The notes below the pieces were generated by a model. It saw only the letters and a program-made list of their open reading frames with translations. It made no database searches and was not told the origin of the DNA. A stretch of DNA of 20,781 nucleotides, from assembly GCA_016840855.1 (NCBI GenBank), contig JAEORO010000123.1, positions 1-20,781 on the forward strand. Direction: 5' to 3'. The stretch's first letter is position 1, and each line of letters opens with the position of its first letter. Below are positions 7,509-16,195 of the stretch, in pieces. The position numbers and the translations under genes are program-made. The stretch is from Candidatus Thorarchaeota archaeon. Lineage in GTDB: Archaea > Asgardarchaeota > Thorarchaeia > Thorarchaeales > Thorarchaeaceae.

Positions 7509-9416
7509 ATGGATAAAGGCTCTTTGAGCTCAAATGGTACACCTTCTCTAAATCATGAGAAGGTCATCAAATTAGAAGCAGCTGCAGTTGACCTTGATTA
7601 CGATGAGAACTTTCTATATGCTGCATGTCGAGATCTGAAAGTTCGAGTCTGGTCTAAGACTGACTGGCATTTAGTCGCTGAGCTAGGGGATACGGATACT
7701 CCACCTCTAATTGTTGATGTTGATGATACCCAAGTTTTCGCTACATGTGAACGAAGAGTCTATGTCTGGAAGAAAGATACATGGGGGATGACTGGCTGGT
7801 TCGAGCTCAGTTATGAAGCTCTGACATCGACTCTTTATGGAGATTACTTCTATGTTGGCGCAAATGATGGAAGACTCGTATCTATCCAAAAAGACACTCA
7901 TGAAACTTCAAGCTGGCAGCTTCACAAGTCAGATCTTACAAGTTTATGGTCTGATGATAAAATCATATGCACGAGTACCAAGAAGGAAGAGCCTCGGGTT
8001 TGGTTGAAAGACCGAGACACTGCTCCTTCTGAACTTGCTCGCCTGGATAAAAAAGGCAAAGGCGGAGTCCTCTCAGGAAATGCTGAATTCATTCTAGTAG
8101 GAAACTCGACAGGCGAGGTTGCTGTGTATGATCGTGTTGAATGGGAACTAGTCAAAACACTGGAATCTGGTTATACAAGTCCAATTTCGTCTATGTGGGC
8201 AAGCAGTCACTATCTGATTGCAGCGACCGTAGCTGGAACTCTAACCATTTGGGATTTGAAGAGAGGTGAAGATATTGGAGAAATCACTCTAAATGGTCAG
8301 AAAATTGAGTGGGTCACTGCAGATCATGATCTTCTCTATATTGCGACTCAGGAAGGAATCACAATTGTTCGTTTGACAGCAGCTGGGAGACCTTTCGACA
8401 TATGTTCTGATTCTCCTGCAATATTGACTGATAGTTTATTGAAAACCTCACCATATGATGTTCTTGAGGGAGCTCTTGAACTCGAGAAGAAAGCTGATGA
8501 ACACTTTCAAGAAGGTCTTTTCCATGATGCGGTTCTTGCTTATGAAAATGCCTTACAATTATTGATTGACAATACACATGCATTACTAGAAGTGCCAGCG
8601 GAACGACAACATCTAACAGATGAACTAAACACCAGACTTGGAAAAGCTCTTCTAAAAGCAAAGATTCAGGAATTACAAACAATAGACCATGAGATTCGTC
8701 AGTTGTCTGAGGAACTTGATGTCCGCAAAAGGACCGATCAGAATCCTGAAGATATTGAGCGATTGTGGAGTTCTGCTGGAAGAATAATTAAGGAGAGTCG
8801 AGTTCTCGCTGAGGCTCAAGCTAGTGATATGCTAAGTTATCAGCTTACGCATGTCGTAGAAACTCTTGAGTTTAATTTGAATGAAGCCATGTCTAAATTT
8901 GATGTTTTTCGAGAAACTATCAATCAGGCTTTGGCTCTCACACGTCAGATCTCTAATGAATGGCGATGGATGGAAAGGAGACGTACAAAACTTCCAGAAC
9001 GAAAGCAGTTTCTCGAAGGAGCAATGGAGAAACTTCAGGCTGCCCTTGAAAAGTCTGATCCTGAAGGTGAAGTGAGAAAAATCCTTTCGGGAGCTCTTGA
9101 TGAGTACAAACGATTGTATAGTCAAATCGACCGGATTGTGACATCATACGAAACCGAGCTTGAAAAATCGTTCAGCTCAAAGGAAGAAGCCCAAGAAGCA
9201 ATTGATGGACTTCTCGCCATTGTACCAAAAAAGATTGAAGCGCTAAACGATATCGCAGATGAAACTGAACGGGATTTGGAACAGAAACGTATTATCGCCG
9301 CACTTGAACAGGCTCTTAACACAGCAAAGTCGTTCAAAATGAATAAATCCGCAGAAACCATTCAAAAAGAGCTCGAGAAGGTTCAACCTTCTGAAGAGCC
9401 AGAGAAAAACAAGTGA
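7509..9416 (+). CDS. WD40-like beta-propeller protein with a MIT/TPR-like three-helix segment and a C-terminal helical/coiled-coil region
   Basis: aa ~20-290 carry ~40-aa repeats ending VRVWSK, VYVWKK, LVSIQK, PRVWLK, VAVYDR, LTIWDL. aa ~315-388 read ALELEKKADEHFQEGLFHDAVLAYENALQLL...ERQHLTDELNTRLGKA. The rest is E/K/L-rich helix. Confidence 0.82.
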   Translation: MDKGSLSSNGTPSLNHEKVIKLEAAAVDLDYDENFLYAACRDLKVRVWSKTDWHLVAELGDTDTPPLIVDVDDTQVFATCERRVYVWKKDTWGMTGWFELSYEALTSTLYGDYFYVGANDGRLVSIQKDTHETSSWQLHKSDLTSLWSDDKIICTSTKKEEPRVWLKDRDTAPSELARLDKKGKGGVLSGNAEFILVGNSTGEVAVYDRVEWELVKTLESGYTSPISSMWASSHYLIAATVAGTLTIWDLKRGEDIGEITLNGQKIEWVTADHDLLYIATQEGITIVRLTAAGRPFDICSDSPAILTDSLLKTSPYDVLEGALELEKKADEHFQEGLFHDAVLAYENALQLLIDNTHALLEVPAERQHLTDELNTRLGKALLKAKIQELQTIDHEIRQLSEELDVRKRTDQNPEDIERLWSSAGRIIKESRVLAEAQASDMLSYQLTHVVETLEFNLNEAMSKFDVFRETINQALALTRQISNEWRWMERRRTKLPERKQFLEGAMEKLQAALEKSDPEGEVRKILSGALDEYKRLYSQIDRIVTSYETELEKSFSSKEEAQEAIDGLLAIVPKKIEALNDIADETERDLEQKRIIAALEQALNTAKSFKMNKSAETIQKELEKVQPSEEPEKNK

Positions 9417-9431
9417 CAATACTCTTTGAAT

Positions 9432-10079
9432 CTAGGATGCTGCGATTCCATCAATAGAAGGATAAGCCTCGTCAATGAAATCCTCGTCATCAACCAAATC
9501 CATCCATTCTTCTGCAAGCTCCTCTATAGATGGATCCAACGAGATTGCATATTCGACATCTTGCAGTGCTGTAGCGAAGTCCTCGAAGTAGAGATGACAA
9601 AGTGCAAGATTGTACCAAGCTACTGCTGATGAAGGATTTAGATCAAGTGATTTCTCGAGAGCATCCATTGCTTCCTCCCATTGGTCCTCTGTGATTAGAG
9701 CAGTTGCAAGAAGCTCCCATTTTCGCACATCTAGAGGTCGGAGTTTTAGACTCTCTTTTAATGCCCAAATACCTTCAGAATTCTCGTTAAGCAAGAGATG
9801 AATATATCCCTTATCTGCCCATTTTGAAGAAGAAGTTGGTTCAATTTGAAGAAGATTGTTAAGTGCTTCAATTGCACTCTTTGGTTTACCCATTTCTAAA
9901 TTACAGATGACCAAATTTTCCCAAGCGCTCACATTTTTTGGATCTAAGGATAGTCCTACGTGAAGTTTATCCCGTGCTTCGCTGAATAATCTTTTTTCAA
10001 TTAAACGTGAAGCTTGTCTAAGAAAAGAATCGACGCTATCAATATCAGAAGAGTTTTGGTCCAACGCTCGATGCTCCAT
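9432..10079 (-). CDS. Tetratricopeptide repeat protein (~5 TPRs, acidic tail)
   Basis: 34-aa periodic repeats: LSLDPKNVSAWENL, LQIEPTSSSKWADKG, LKLRPLDVRKWELLA, LDLNPSSAVAWYNLA. Confidence 0.88.
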   Translation of the reverse strand: MEHRALDQNSSDIDSVDSFLRQASRLIEKRLFSEARDKLHVGLSLDPKNVSAWENLVICNLEMGKPKSAIEALNNLLQIEPTSSSKWADKGYIHLLLNENSEGIWALKESLKLRPLDVRKWELLATALITEDQWEEAMDALEKSLDLNPSSAVAWYNLALCHLYFEDFATALQDVEYAISLDPSIEELAEEWMDLVDDEDFIDEAYPSIDGIAAS

Positions 10080-10220
10080 ATCTTACATGACGATGCACAC
10101 GATATTGCCAAGAAAAAGGTTGCTCTGTCCGCACAAATTTCTTTCTCTCTTTTAGGTTTCAAGATAGAACATCATATCCACTCCAAACCAAGATTTCAGT
10201 ATTGAATGGTTTGTTCGAGA

Positions 10221-10601
10221 TTATAGGAGTGCAATTGCATCGATCTCAATTCTCACATCCCTAGGCAAGCGTGCGACTTCTACAGTTGCTCTAGCTGGTG
10301 GTATGTTTCCAAACCATCTTGCATATTCTGAATTCATTTCTGCGAAATCATCCATATCCTTGAGATAAACCGTGCACTTCAAAACGTGATTCATAGAAGA
10401 CCCTGCTGCTTCAATGACTCCTTGAAGATTGGATAGCACTTGCTTTGTCTGAATCGTAATAGAACCAGACACAAGTTCTCCTGTTTCTGGATTGATAGGG
10501 ACTTGACCAGAACAGAATACAAATCCGTTTGCCTTTACACCCTGCGAATATGGACCAATTGCCTTAGGCGCTTTGTCTGTTGAAATTCGTTCAAGCGTCA
10601 T
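10221..10601 (-). CDS. ridA: RidA family enamine/imine deaminase (YjgF/YER057c/UK114)
   Basis: [52 protein letters not shown]; the catalytic Arg is present. Confidence 0.95.
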   Translation of the reverse strand: MTLERISTDKAPKAIGPYSQGVKANGFVFCSGQVPINPETGELVSGSITIQTKQVLSNLQGVIEAAGSSMNHVLKCTVYLKDMDDFAEMNSEYARWFGNIPPARATVEVARLPRDVRIEIDAIALL

Positions 10602-10648
10602 TTTTCATCATGAAATGAGGCTGCATTAATCCACGATTAATCTAACGG

Positions 10649-11626
10649 TTAGTGTCTCCTTTCTGGTGGTGGTGGAACGGCAAAACCTGCAACGATTCTT
10701 GTTCCAGTTTCCCCTCTCAGAGCTCTTGTGATATTGGGGGGATCTGTGATGATTGCCATTTCTCCTCCATTCTTTATGAATTGGATACATGATTCTATTT
10801 TTGGTAGCATACTTCCAGGACTGAAATGACCTTCCTCGATATAATGTTGAGCCTGAATATGGTCCATTTTATCAATAGCTTTCTGGTCCGCTTCGCCGAA
10901 ATTAAGATAGACCTGCTCAACTGCAGTTGATATGAGTAAAACATCTGCATCTAGATCCGTCGCTAGAAGACTAGACGCACGATCCTTATCAATAACTGCG
11001 GCGATTCCTTCTAAGCCTCCTGATTCATTGGCTATAACCGGAATACCTCCACCTCCGACAGCATAAACAATGATATCATCGTTAAGGAGTGCTTTGATTG
11101 CTGGAAGCTCAATGATTTCTTTAGGAATTGGTGAAGGTACTACTCTGCGCCATCCCCGTCCGGCGTCTTCTTTGACATTCCAACCTTCTTCATCAGCTTT
11201 CTTTTTCGCATCCTTTTCATCCATGAATGAGCCTATGGGTTTGTTTGGATTACCAAATGCAGGATCATCCTTGGCAACTCTTACCTGAGTTACCAGTGAG
11301 GCAACATGCTTGTTCATGCCACGTTTGTGGAATTCATTATAGAGTGCTCTCTCAATCATGTAACCAATTGCACCTTGAGTGTCAGCTCCACAATAGTCCA
11401 GAGGTACTGGATGCAATTCATGCTCAGCTAGTTCTGATCTCCTTAGAATAAAGCCTACTTGAGGTCCATTACCTGATGTGATAACAACATTCCATCCCTC
11501 TTGGATCATATCTGCAATATGTTTGCATGTTTCAGCAGTTGCAGCGTATTGATCTGGCACTGTTTTATGATCCTTATCCTTAATTAGTGAGTTACCGCCA
11601 ATTGCAATTACAGCCGTTTTAGCCAA
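10649..11626 (-). CDS. arcC: Carbamate kinase
   Basis: VIAIGGNSL, GNGPQVG, ADTQGAIGY, VTQVRV..DDPAF.NPNKPIG, GWRRVVPSP, GGGGIPV, AVIDKD, GSMLPKI. TTG start with a GAGGAG SD. Confidence 0.95.
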   Translation of the reverse strand: MAKTAVIAIGGNSLIKDKDHKTVPDQYAATAETCKHIADMIQEGWNVVITSGNGPQVGFILRRSELAEHELHPVPLDYCGADTQGAIGYMIERALYNEFHKRGMNKHVASLVTQVRVAKDDPAFGNPNKPIGSFMDEKDAKKKADEEGWNVKEDAGRGWRRVVPSPIPKEIIELPAIKALLNDDIIVYAVGGGGIPVIANESGGLEGIAAVIDKDRASSLLATDLDADVLLISTAVEQVYLNFGEADQKAIDKMDHIQAQHYIEEGHFSPGSMLPKIESCIQFIKNGGEMAIITDPPNITRALRGETGTRIVAGFAVPPPPERRH

Positions 11627-11700
11627 ATTATCATCTCCTCATCTAGAAGGAATTTGAAAATCTACCTTTTTCAATTTAAACGAATGGGTTTGGTTTACTT

Positions 11701-12438
11701 TCATTCGGAAGTTTCTTCTCTTTCCCTAAGCCATTCATCGAGGTAAGCTGTTTCAAGTTCGTCTGCATCGGCAATATCTTTTCCAGTCATGCCATCAATC
11801 AGGGTTTTGGTCCTGACAAGGATTTTTGCATCTTTCTTTAATATCTCTTCAACAAATTCCATTGTCTTCTCCATCAGCTCATCTTGATTCACGAGCATGT
11901 CGGCAAGACCGATCTGAAGCGCCTCTTTTGCAGAAACACGTCTAGTTGTCATTATGATATCTTTCGCACGAGCTGGACCTACCAACTGCAATAAATTCGA
12001 TGATGCACCTGCGCCTGGAAAAACTGATAGCTCGACTTCTGGAAGTCTGAAAACCGCTGTGTCCGTAAAGAATCTAAAGTCGCAGGCTAAAGCTAACATA
12101 GCTCCAAATCCAATTGCATATCCATTTACAGCAGCAATCGTGACACATGTCCTATTTTGACGGATGAGTCGCATTGTTCGTTCTAGAATTTTGAAAAATT
12201 CGGTCACTTCGTCACCTTTAAGACCCATTATCGTTTCGAGGTCAAATCCTGCACTAAATGCACGCTTCCCTTCTCCCGTAAAGATAATCACTCTGATATT
12301 GGGATCGTTAGCAATCTGTGAAACTTGGTCACTAAAATTAACAAGCATGTCTTTTGTGACTGAATTTAATTTATCTTCCCGAGATATTGTGATAATTGCA
12401 TGAGCATCATCAGCACTGAGTTTGATTTCTCCTGTCAA
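11701..12438 (-). CDS. Enoyl-CoA hydratase/isomerase (crotonase) family protein
   Basis: FSAGFDL oxyanion motif, IAAVNGYAIGFG, LALACDFR, FRLPEVEL, SAKEALQIGL. Confidence 0.92.
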   Translation of the reverse strand: MTGEIKLSADDAHAIITISREDKLNSVTKDMLVNFSDQVSQIANDPNIRVIIFTGEGKRAFSAGFDLETIMGLKGDEVTEFFKILERTMRLIRQNRTCVTIAAVNGYAIGFGAMLALACDFRFFTDTAVFRLPEVELSVFPGAGASSNLLQLVGPARAKDIIMTTRRVSAKEALQIGLADMLVNQDELMEKTMEFVEEILKKDAKILVRTKTLIDGMTGKDIADADELETAYLDEWLREREETSE

Positions 12439-12513
12439 TATCTAACACCCTATAGAACTTCAGGTGTGAGAAAAGACGAATAAAACCTTCTACTACAGAA
12501 TATGGATGTAATG

Positions 12514-13032
12514 TTATGCCTTTTTTGAATCACAAGCTTCACAAGGATCATTCACATGAGCGCAGAACTCTCTATGAATATCACACATCACACCTAGATC
12601 TCTCATGAATTTGATGATGCGATTGATTTCGCTAGTCATAGCTTCGAAGATATCTTCGTCTTCATTCGATCTTGTCTTCTCGTATTCTGCAATCATTGCG
12701 TCAGCTGCTTTGTCAATTTCCTTCACTACTCGTTCTGGCAGACTTACTTGATCCCCTCTAGATCTTTGACCCTTTTTTTTCAGTAGGTATTGGGTGATTG
12801 CAGGTTCAGTCACTCCAAGCATTCTAGCAATCTCTTTCTGAGTGATCTTGTGATCAACCATTTTCCCCTCCTCATTTAAGCGAGGAACCACCTTTGTTTT
12901 CATAGCTTTGGCAAGCTCTCTTCTTATTGCAGGTAGAACATACCAGACCTCAACTTCTTGAGGCATCATCCATGTTCTCCTCTTAACCTGTTTTTCCTTC
13001 GAGACCTCACCTGTAGACATTGCATGCACCAT
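12514..13032 (-). CDS. Archaeal XRE-type HTH transcriptional regulator with a C-terminal Cys/His cluster
   Basis: PQEVEVWYVLPAIRRELAKAM, HTH TQKEIARMLGVTEPAITQYL, and C-terminal CDIHREFC...CEAC. The start may be the second Met (13020). Confidence 0.85.
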   Translation of the reverse strand: MVHAMSTGEVSKEKQVKRRTWMMPQEVEVWYVLPAIRRELAKAMKTKVVPRLNEEGKMVDHKITQKEIARMLGVTEPAITQYLLKKKGQRSRGDQVSLPERVVKEIDKAADAMIAEYEKTRSNEDEDIFEAMTSEINRIIKFMRDLGVMCDIHREFCAHVNDPCEACDSKKA

Positions 13033-13033
13033 C

Positions 13034-13051
13034 TATTCACAATAGTGAATA
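13034..13051. promoter_or_regulatory. 7-4-7 inverted repeat, candidate operator
   Basis: TATTCAC-AATA-GTGAATA has perfect arms and lies immediately upstream of the HTH gene start. Confidence 0.45.
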
Positions 13052-13135
13052 ATTTTCTATCGTTTCACCTAATAAGGATGATGGCATAGGAACGAGGGCA
13101 GGCTTAAGAAAGAATGCCTCGTATAATTTCTGGGT

Positions 13136-13882
13136 TTGATAATGAATATGACTCATCTTGGAGAAGTTGCAGATGCCATTTCAAAGTCAGATTATTTTGT
13201 AGCGCTCACTGGTGCTGGAATTTCAAAAGAATCAAATGTGCCAACATTTCGTGGAGAGGATGGACTATGGCGCCAATATAATGCTATGGAGTTAGCTACA
13301 CCATCTGCCTTTGCGAAGAATCCTTCCCTTGTTTGGGAGTGGTATGCTTGGCGTCAGAAGCTGATAGGTGAGTGTGAACCAAATCCCGCTCACAAAACTC
13401 TTGCTTTGTGGGAACAAAGAGGCATTCTCAAATCACTAATCACACAGAATGTGGATGGTTTGCATATCCGAGCTGGATCAAAAGATGTTCTTGAGGTACA
13501 TGGCGATTTATGGACTGTGAAATGTATTGCTTGTGATCATCGTGAGCGATTACAAATAGCTGCTGTGGGGATTCCATCATGTCCTAAATGCAACAATCAT
13601 CTTCGTCCTGATGTTGTATGGTTTGGGGAATCCTTGAATCCGGAAATCATGAAGAAAGTGTATGCACAGTTGGAACAAGCAGATACATGTATGGTGATAG
13701 GAACTTCTGCTCTTGTTCAACCCGCAGCGTCCTTTCCTCTCATTGTGAAACGACACAGCGGAATTGTAATAGAAATTAATCTTGAAGAAACAGTATTAAC
13801 GCCAGTAGTTGATTTCCACATTTCTGGGAAAGCTGGTGAAATTCTGCCTGAGCTTGATGAGCTATTGAATAAATTTAGATGA
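13136..13882 (+). CDS. cobB: NAD-dependent protein deacylase, sirtuin class III (CobB/Sir2)
   Basis: ALTGAGISKES..PTFRG, WEWYAWR, TQNVDGLH, EVHG, CxxC...CxxC zinc site, RPDVVWFGE, IGTS. The true start is probably ATG 13142 or 13148. Confidence 0.95.
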   Translation: MIMNMTHLGEVADAISKSDYFVALTGAGISKESNVPTFRGEDGLWRQYNAMELATPSAFAKNPSLVWEWYAWRQKLIGECEPNPAHKTLALWEQRGILKSLITQNVDGLHIRAGSKDVLEVHGDLWTVKCIACDHRERLQIAAVGIPSCPKCNNHLRPDVVWFGESLNPEIMKKVYAQLEQADTCMVIGTSALVQPAASFPLIVKRHSGIVIEINLEETVLTPVVDFHISGKAGEILPELDELLNKFR

Positions 13883-15077
13883 TCTGCTTGTCAGCTTTTG
13901 ATTTGCGATGATATGCTGCTAGGGTCTTTGCCCTATTTGCTGTCTGAATTTCACCAAGCCGATGGAATGATTTGGAAAGCTCCTCAAGTATTTCAGGATT
14001 GTCTGGTTCTAGGTCCAACAATTTCCGGTAGATTCTCAAAGCATGGGTTTCATTACCACGGTACTCCATACAACGACCAAGATAGAATAGTGCAAATTTA
14101 TGATTGGGCTGAATTCTAAGGGCACGGAGAAAACTCCTTGCAGCATCTTGATACATGCTTCTATAATAGTCTGCTTCGCCAAGCTTCACCCAGACCTCAG
14201 CATTTCGAGGATTTTTCTCACTAGCAATCTTCAAAACCTCCGAGGATTCTTGCCATCTGTTGTGAGCTTGCAAACATATCCCTAATTGAAGCCAAGCTTC
14301 TGAGTTCTCAGGCGAATATTTCACTGCTTTTCTAAGAGCTTCTTCAGCTTTATCATAGACCTCTCTTCTCATCAGGAGCGTTCCAAATCTGAGCAATGCG
14401 TCACCATTCTCAGAATCAATAGCCAGTCCCCTCTCGAATGCTTTCTCAGCCTTGTCAAACTCACTTTTATTCAAATGGACGCTCGCAGTACTAAACCAAA
14501 ATTTAGCTGATCTGTATGAGGCTTTAGCATCATGTATATCGACTTGAGAGTCAGATTCCATTGATACACTCTTTCTATTATTGACTGTAGTTTCGGTTGT
14601 AGTAATTTCGACGGAATCAGACAGTTCTTCTTCTTCATCTTGGGATTCAACCTTTTCCAATAATTCTTCATTAGATGCAAGTTTTTTGAGTATTAGACTC
14701 CAATCAGTTGTGTCAGTTGCGTCAATTCGAATTTTTCTTGGGTTCTTCCAATCCTTACCTTTCTGTATTGCCTGAGAGGTAATAATACTCCGAAGTTTGG
14801 GCCACGTCATCTTCAAATCAGGAAATTGCTCTAAAGCCATTTTTCCAGCTTTTTCGGCATCAGTTTCACGACCCTGAGATAATAAAACTGCACTCAGAAT
14901 TGACCAAGCAAGAGAATTGTCCTTCTGCATCTCGATTGCAATTTTAAGTGCTCTCTCTGCTTCCGCTAGCTTGCCTTTAGCTGCGAGAGAACAGCCAAAA
15001 TGGAACCATCCTATCGAAGTATCCTCCTCCGGAACTTCCTCTAACACTCGTATCTCCTCATGACCTTTTGGTTCCAT
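13875..15077 (-). CDS. Tetratricopeptide repeat protein (N-terminal TPR pair, acidic linker, C-terminal array of ~6 TPRs)
   Basis: Repeats such as GLAIDSENGDALLRFG, AVKYSPENSEAWLQLG, EKNPRNAEVWVKLG, ALRIQPNHKFALFYLG, LLDLEPDNPEIL. It overlaps the cobB 3' end by 8 nt convergently. Confidence 0.88.
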   Translation of the reverse strand: MEPKGHEEIRVLEEVPEEDTSIGWFHFGCSLAAKGKLAEAERALKIAIEMQKDNSLAWSILSAVLLSQGRETDAEKAGKMALEQFPDLKMTWPKLRSIITSQAIQKGKDWKNPRKIRIDATDTTDWSLILKKLASNEELLEKVESQDEEEELSDSVEITTTETTVNNRKSVSMESDSQVDIHDAKASYRSAKFWFSTASVHLNKSEFDKAEKAFERGLAIDSENGDALLRFGTLLMRREVYDKAEEALRKAVKYSPENSEAWLQLGICLQAHNRWQESSEVLKIASEKNPRNAEVWVKLGEADYYRSMYQDAARSFLRALRIQPNHKFALFYLGRCMEYRGNETHALRIYRKLLDLEPDNPEILEELSKSFHRLGEIQTANRAKTLAAYHRKSKADKQII

Positions 15078-15196
15078 GTTTCTCCCACCGGTTCACTCTA
15101 ATTATTCTAGCACGTGAACGAATATTACTTTTGGCTGACATATTGAGATACAGATAAATGAGGGACCGGTTGAGCTAAAATTGATGGTGAGTCCCA

Positions 15197-16192
15197 GTGA
15201 AAGTTCTAGTGACAGGAGCAAGTGGTTTCATAGGTAGGCGCGTTGCTTCAAGACTTCTGGAAGAAGGGCATGAAGTAGTAGCTCTTGTTCGTGCTTCAAG
15301 CAATAATGAAGGACTCCCCAAAAATATTGAAATTAGAGAAGCAGATTTGTTTGATATTCCAAGTCTTGAAAATGCGGTTCAGGGAATTCAAGTAGTCTAT
15401 CATTTTGCTGCATATTTTGACTTCTATCCTGGTGACGAAGAACTCATGTTCAAGGTGAATGTCGAAGGTACAAAGAACTTAATGAACGCATGTGTGGGAA
15501 CGGAGGTTGAGCGATTCATCTATTGCTCGTCTACTGAATCTATGGGCTCAATTAGATTCCCACCTGGAACTGAGGATACAGAGCTAAGACCAGATTTCAG
15601 TTATGGTGAAAGTAAAGTAGAAGCTGAGAGATCAATTCGTGAGATTACAGAAGAAACGGGATTGGCACATGTCATTTTACGTCCTACTGGTGTAATGGGA
15701 GAAGGCGATCTCTATGTAATGTACCAAGTTATTCATGAGTTAAATGATGGTAAGGTATTTGCCCTACCCAGTGATTTGAGTGCTGAGTTTATGTATACAC
15801 ATATTGACGATGTTGTATCCGGATTCGTGGCAGCCCTAACGCCAATGGTGATTCTTAATAACACAATTATCATTTGTCCAGATGAGCCTATTACTTGGGA
15901 TACATTTGTTCAGGTCGTTACAGAACGTCTTGGAGTTAAGCCACCCCGTCTACGTGTTCCAAAAACAGCTGCAAAACTTGGCATGGCAGTTCTTAGTCCC
16001 TTCAAGAACAGAAAGAAGATGACTTTCTTCTGGCACGGAAAATCTGTTGACATAATGTTTTCAAATCGTGTTTATTCAAACGAAAAAGCTAAGCGCCTTC
16101 TTGGATGGACTCCAAAAGTCTCAATGGTCGAGGGTCTCCAGAGAGCAATAGATTGGTATTATGATAATGGTTTACTTAAAAGGAGGACATAG
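15197..16192 (+). CDS. NAD-dependent epimerase/dehydratase (extended SDR; 3-beta-HSD/dihydroflavonol reductase-like)
   Basis: KVLVTGASGFIG, HFAA, NVEGT, YCSS, catalytic YGESK (YxxxK), ILRP. GTG start with a GGTGA SD. Confidence 0.92.
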   Translation: MKVLVTGASGFIGRRVASRLLEEGHEVVALVRASSNNEGLPKNIEIREADLFDIPSLENAVQGIQVVYHFAAYFDFYPGDEELMFKVNVEGTKNLMNACVGTEVERFIYCSSTESMGSIRFPPGTEDTELRPDFSYGESKVEAERSIREITEETGLAHVILRPTGVMGEGDLYVMYQVIHELNDGKVFALPSDLSAEFMYTHIDDVVSGFVAALTPMVILNNTIIICPDEPITWDTFVQVVTERLGVKPPRLRVPKTAAKLGMAVLSPFKNRKKMTFFWHGKSVDIMFSNRVYSNEKAKRLLGWTPKVSMVEGLQRAIDWYYDNGLLKRRT

Positions 16193-16195
16193 TTC

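Noticed and set aside
12773-12780. T8 homopolymer as a phase-variation or frameshift site in the HTH gene
   Set aside because: It simply encodes LKKKG in an intact frame.
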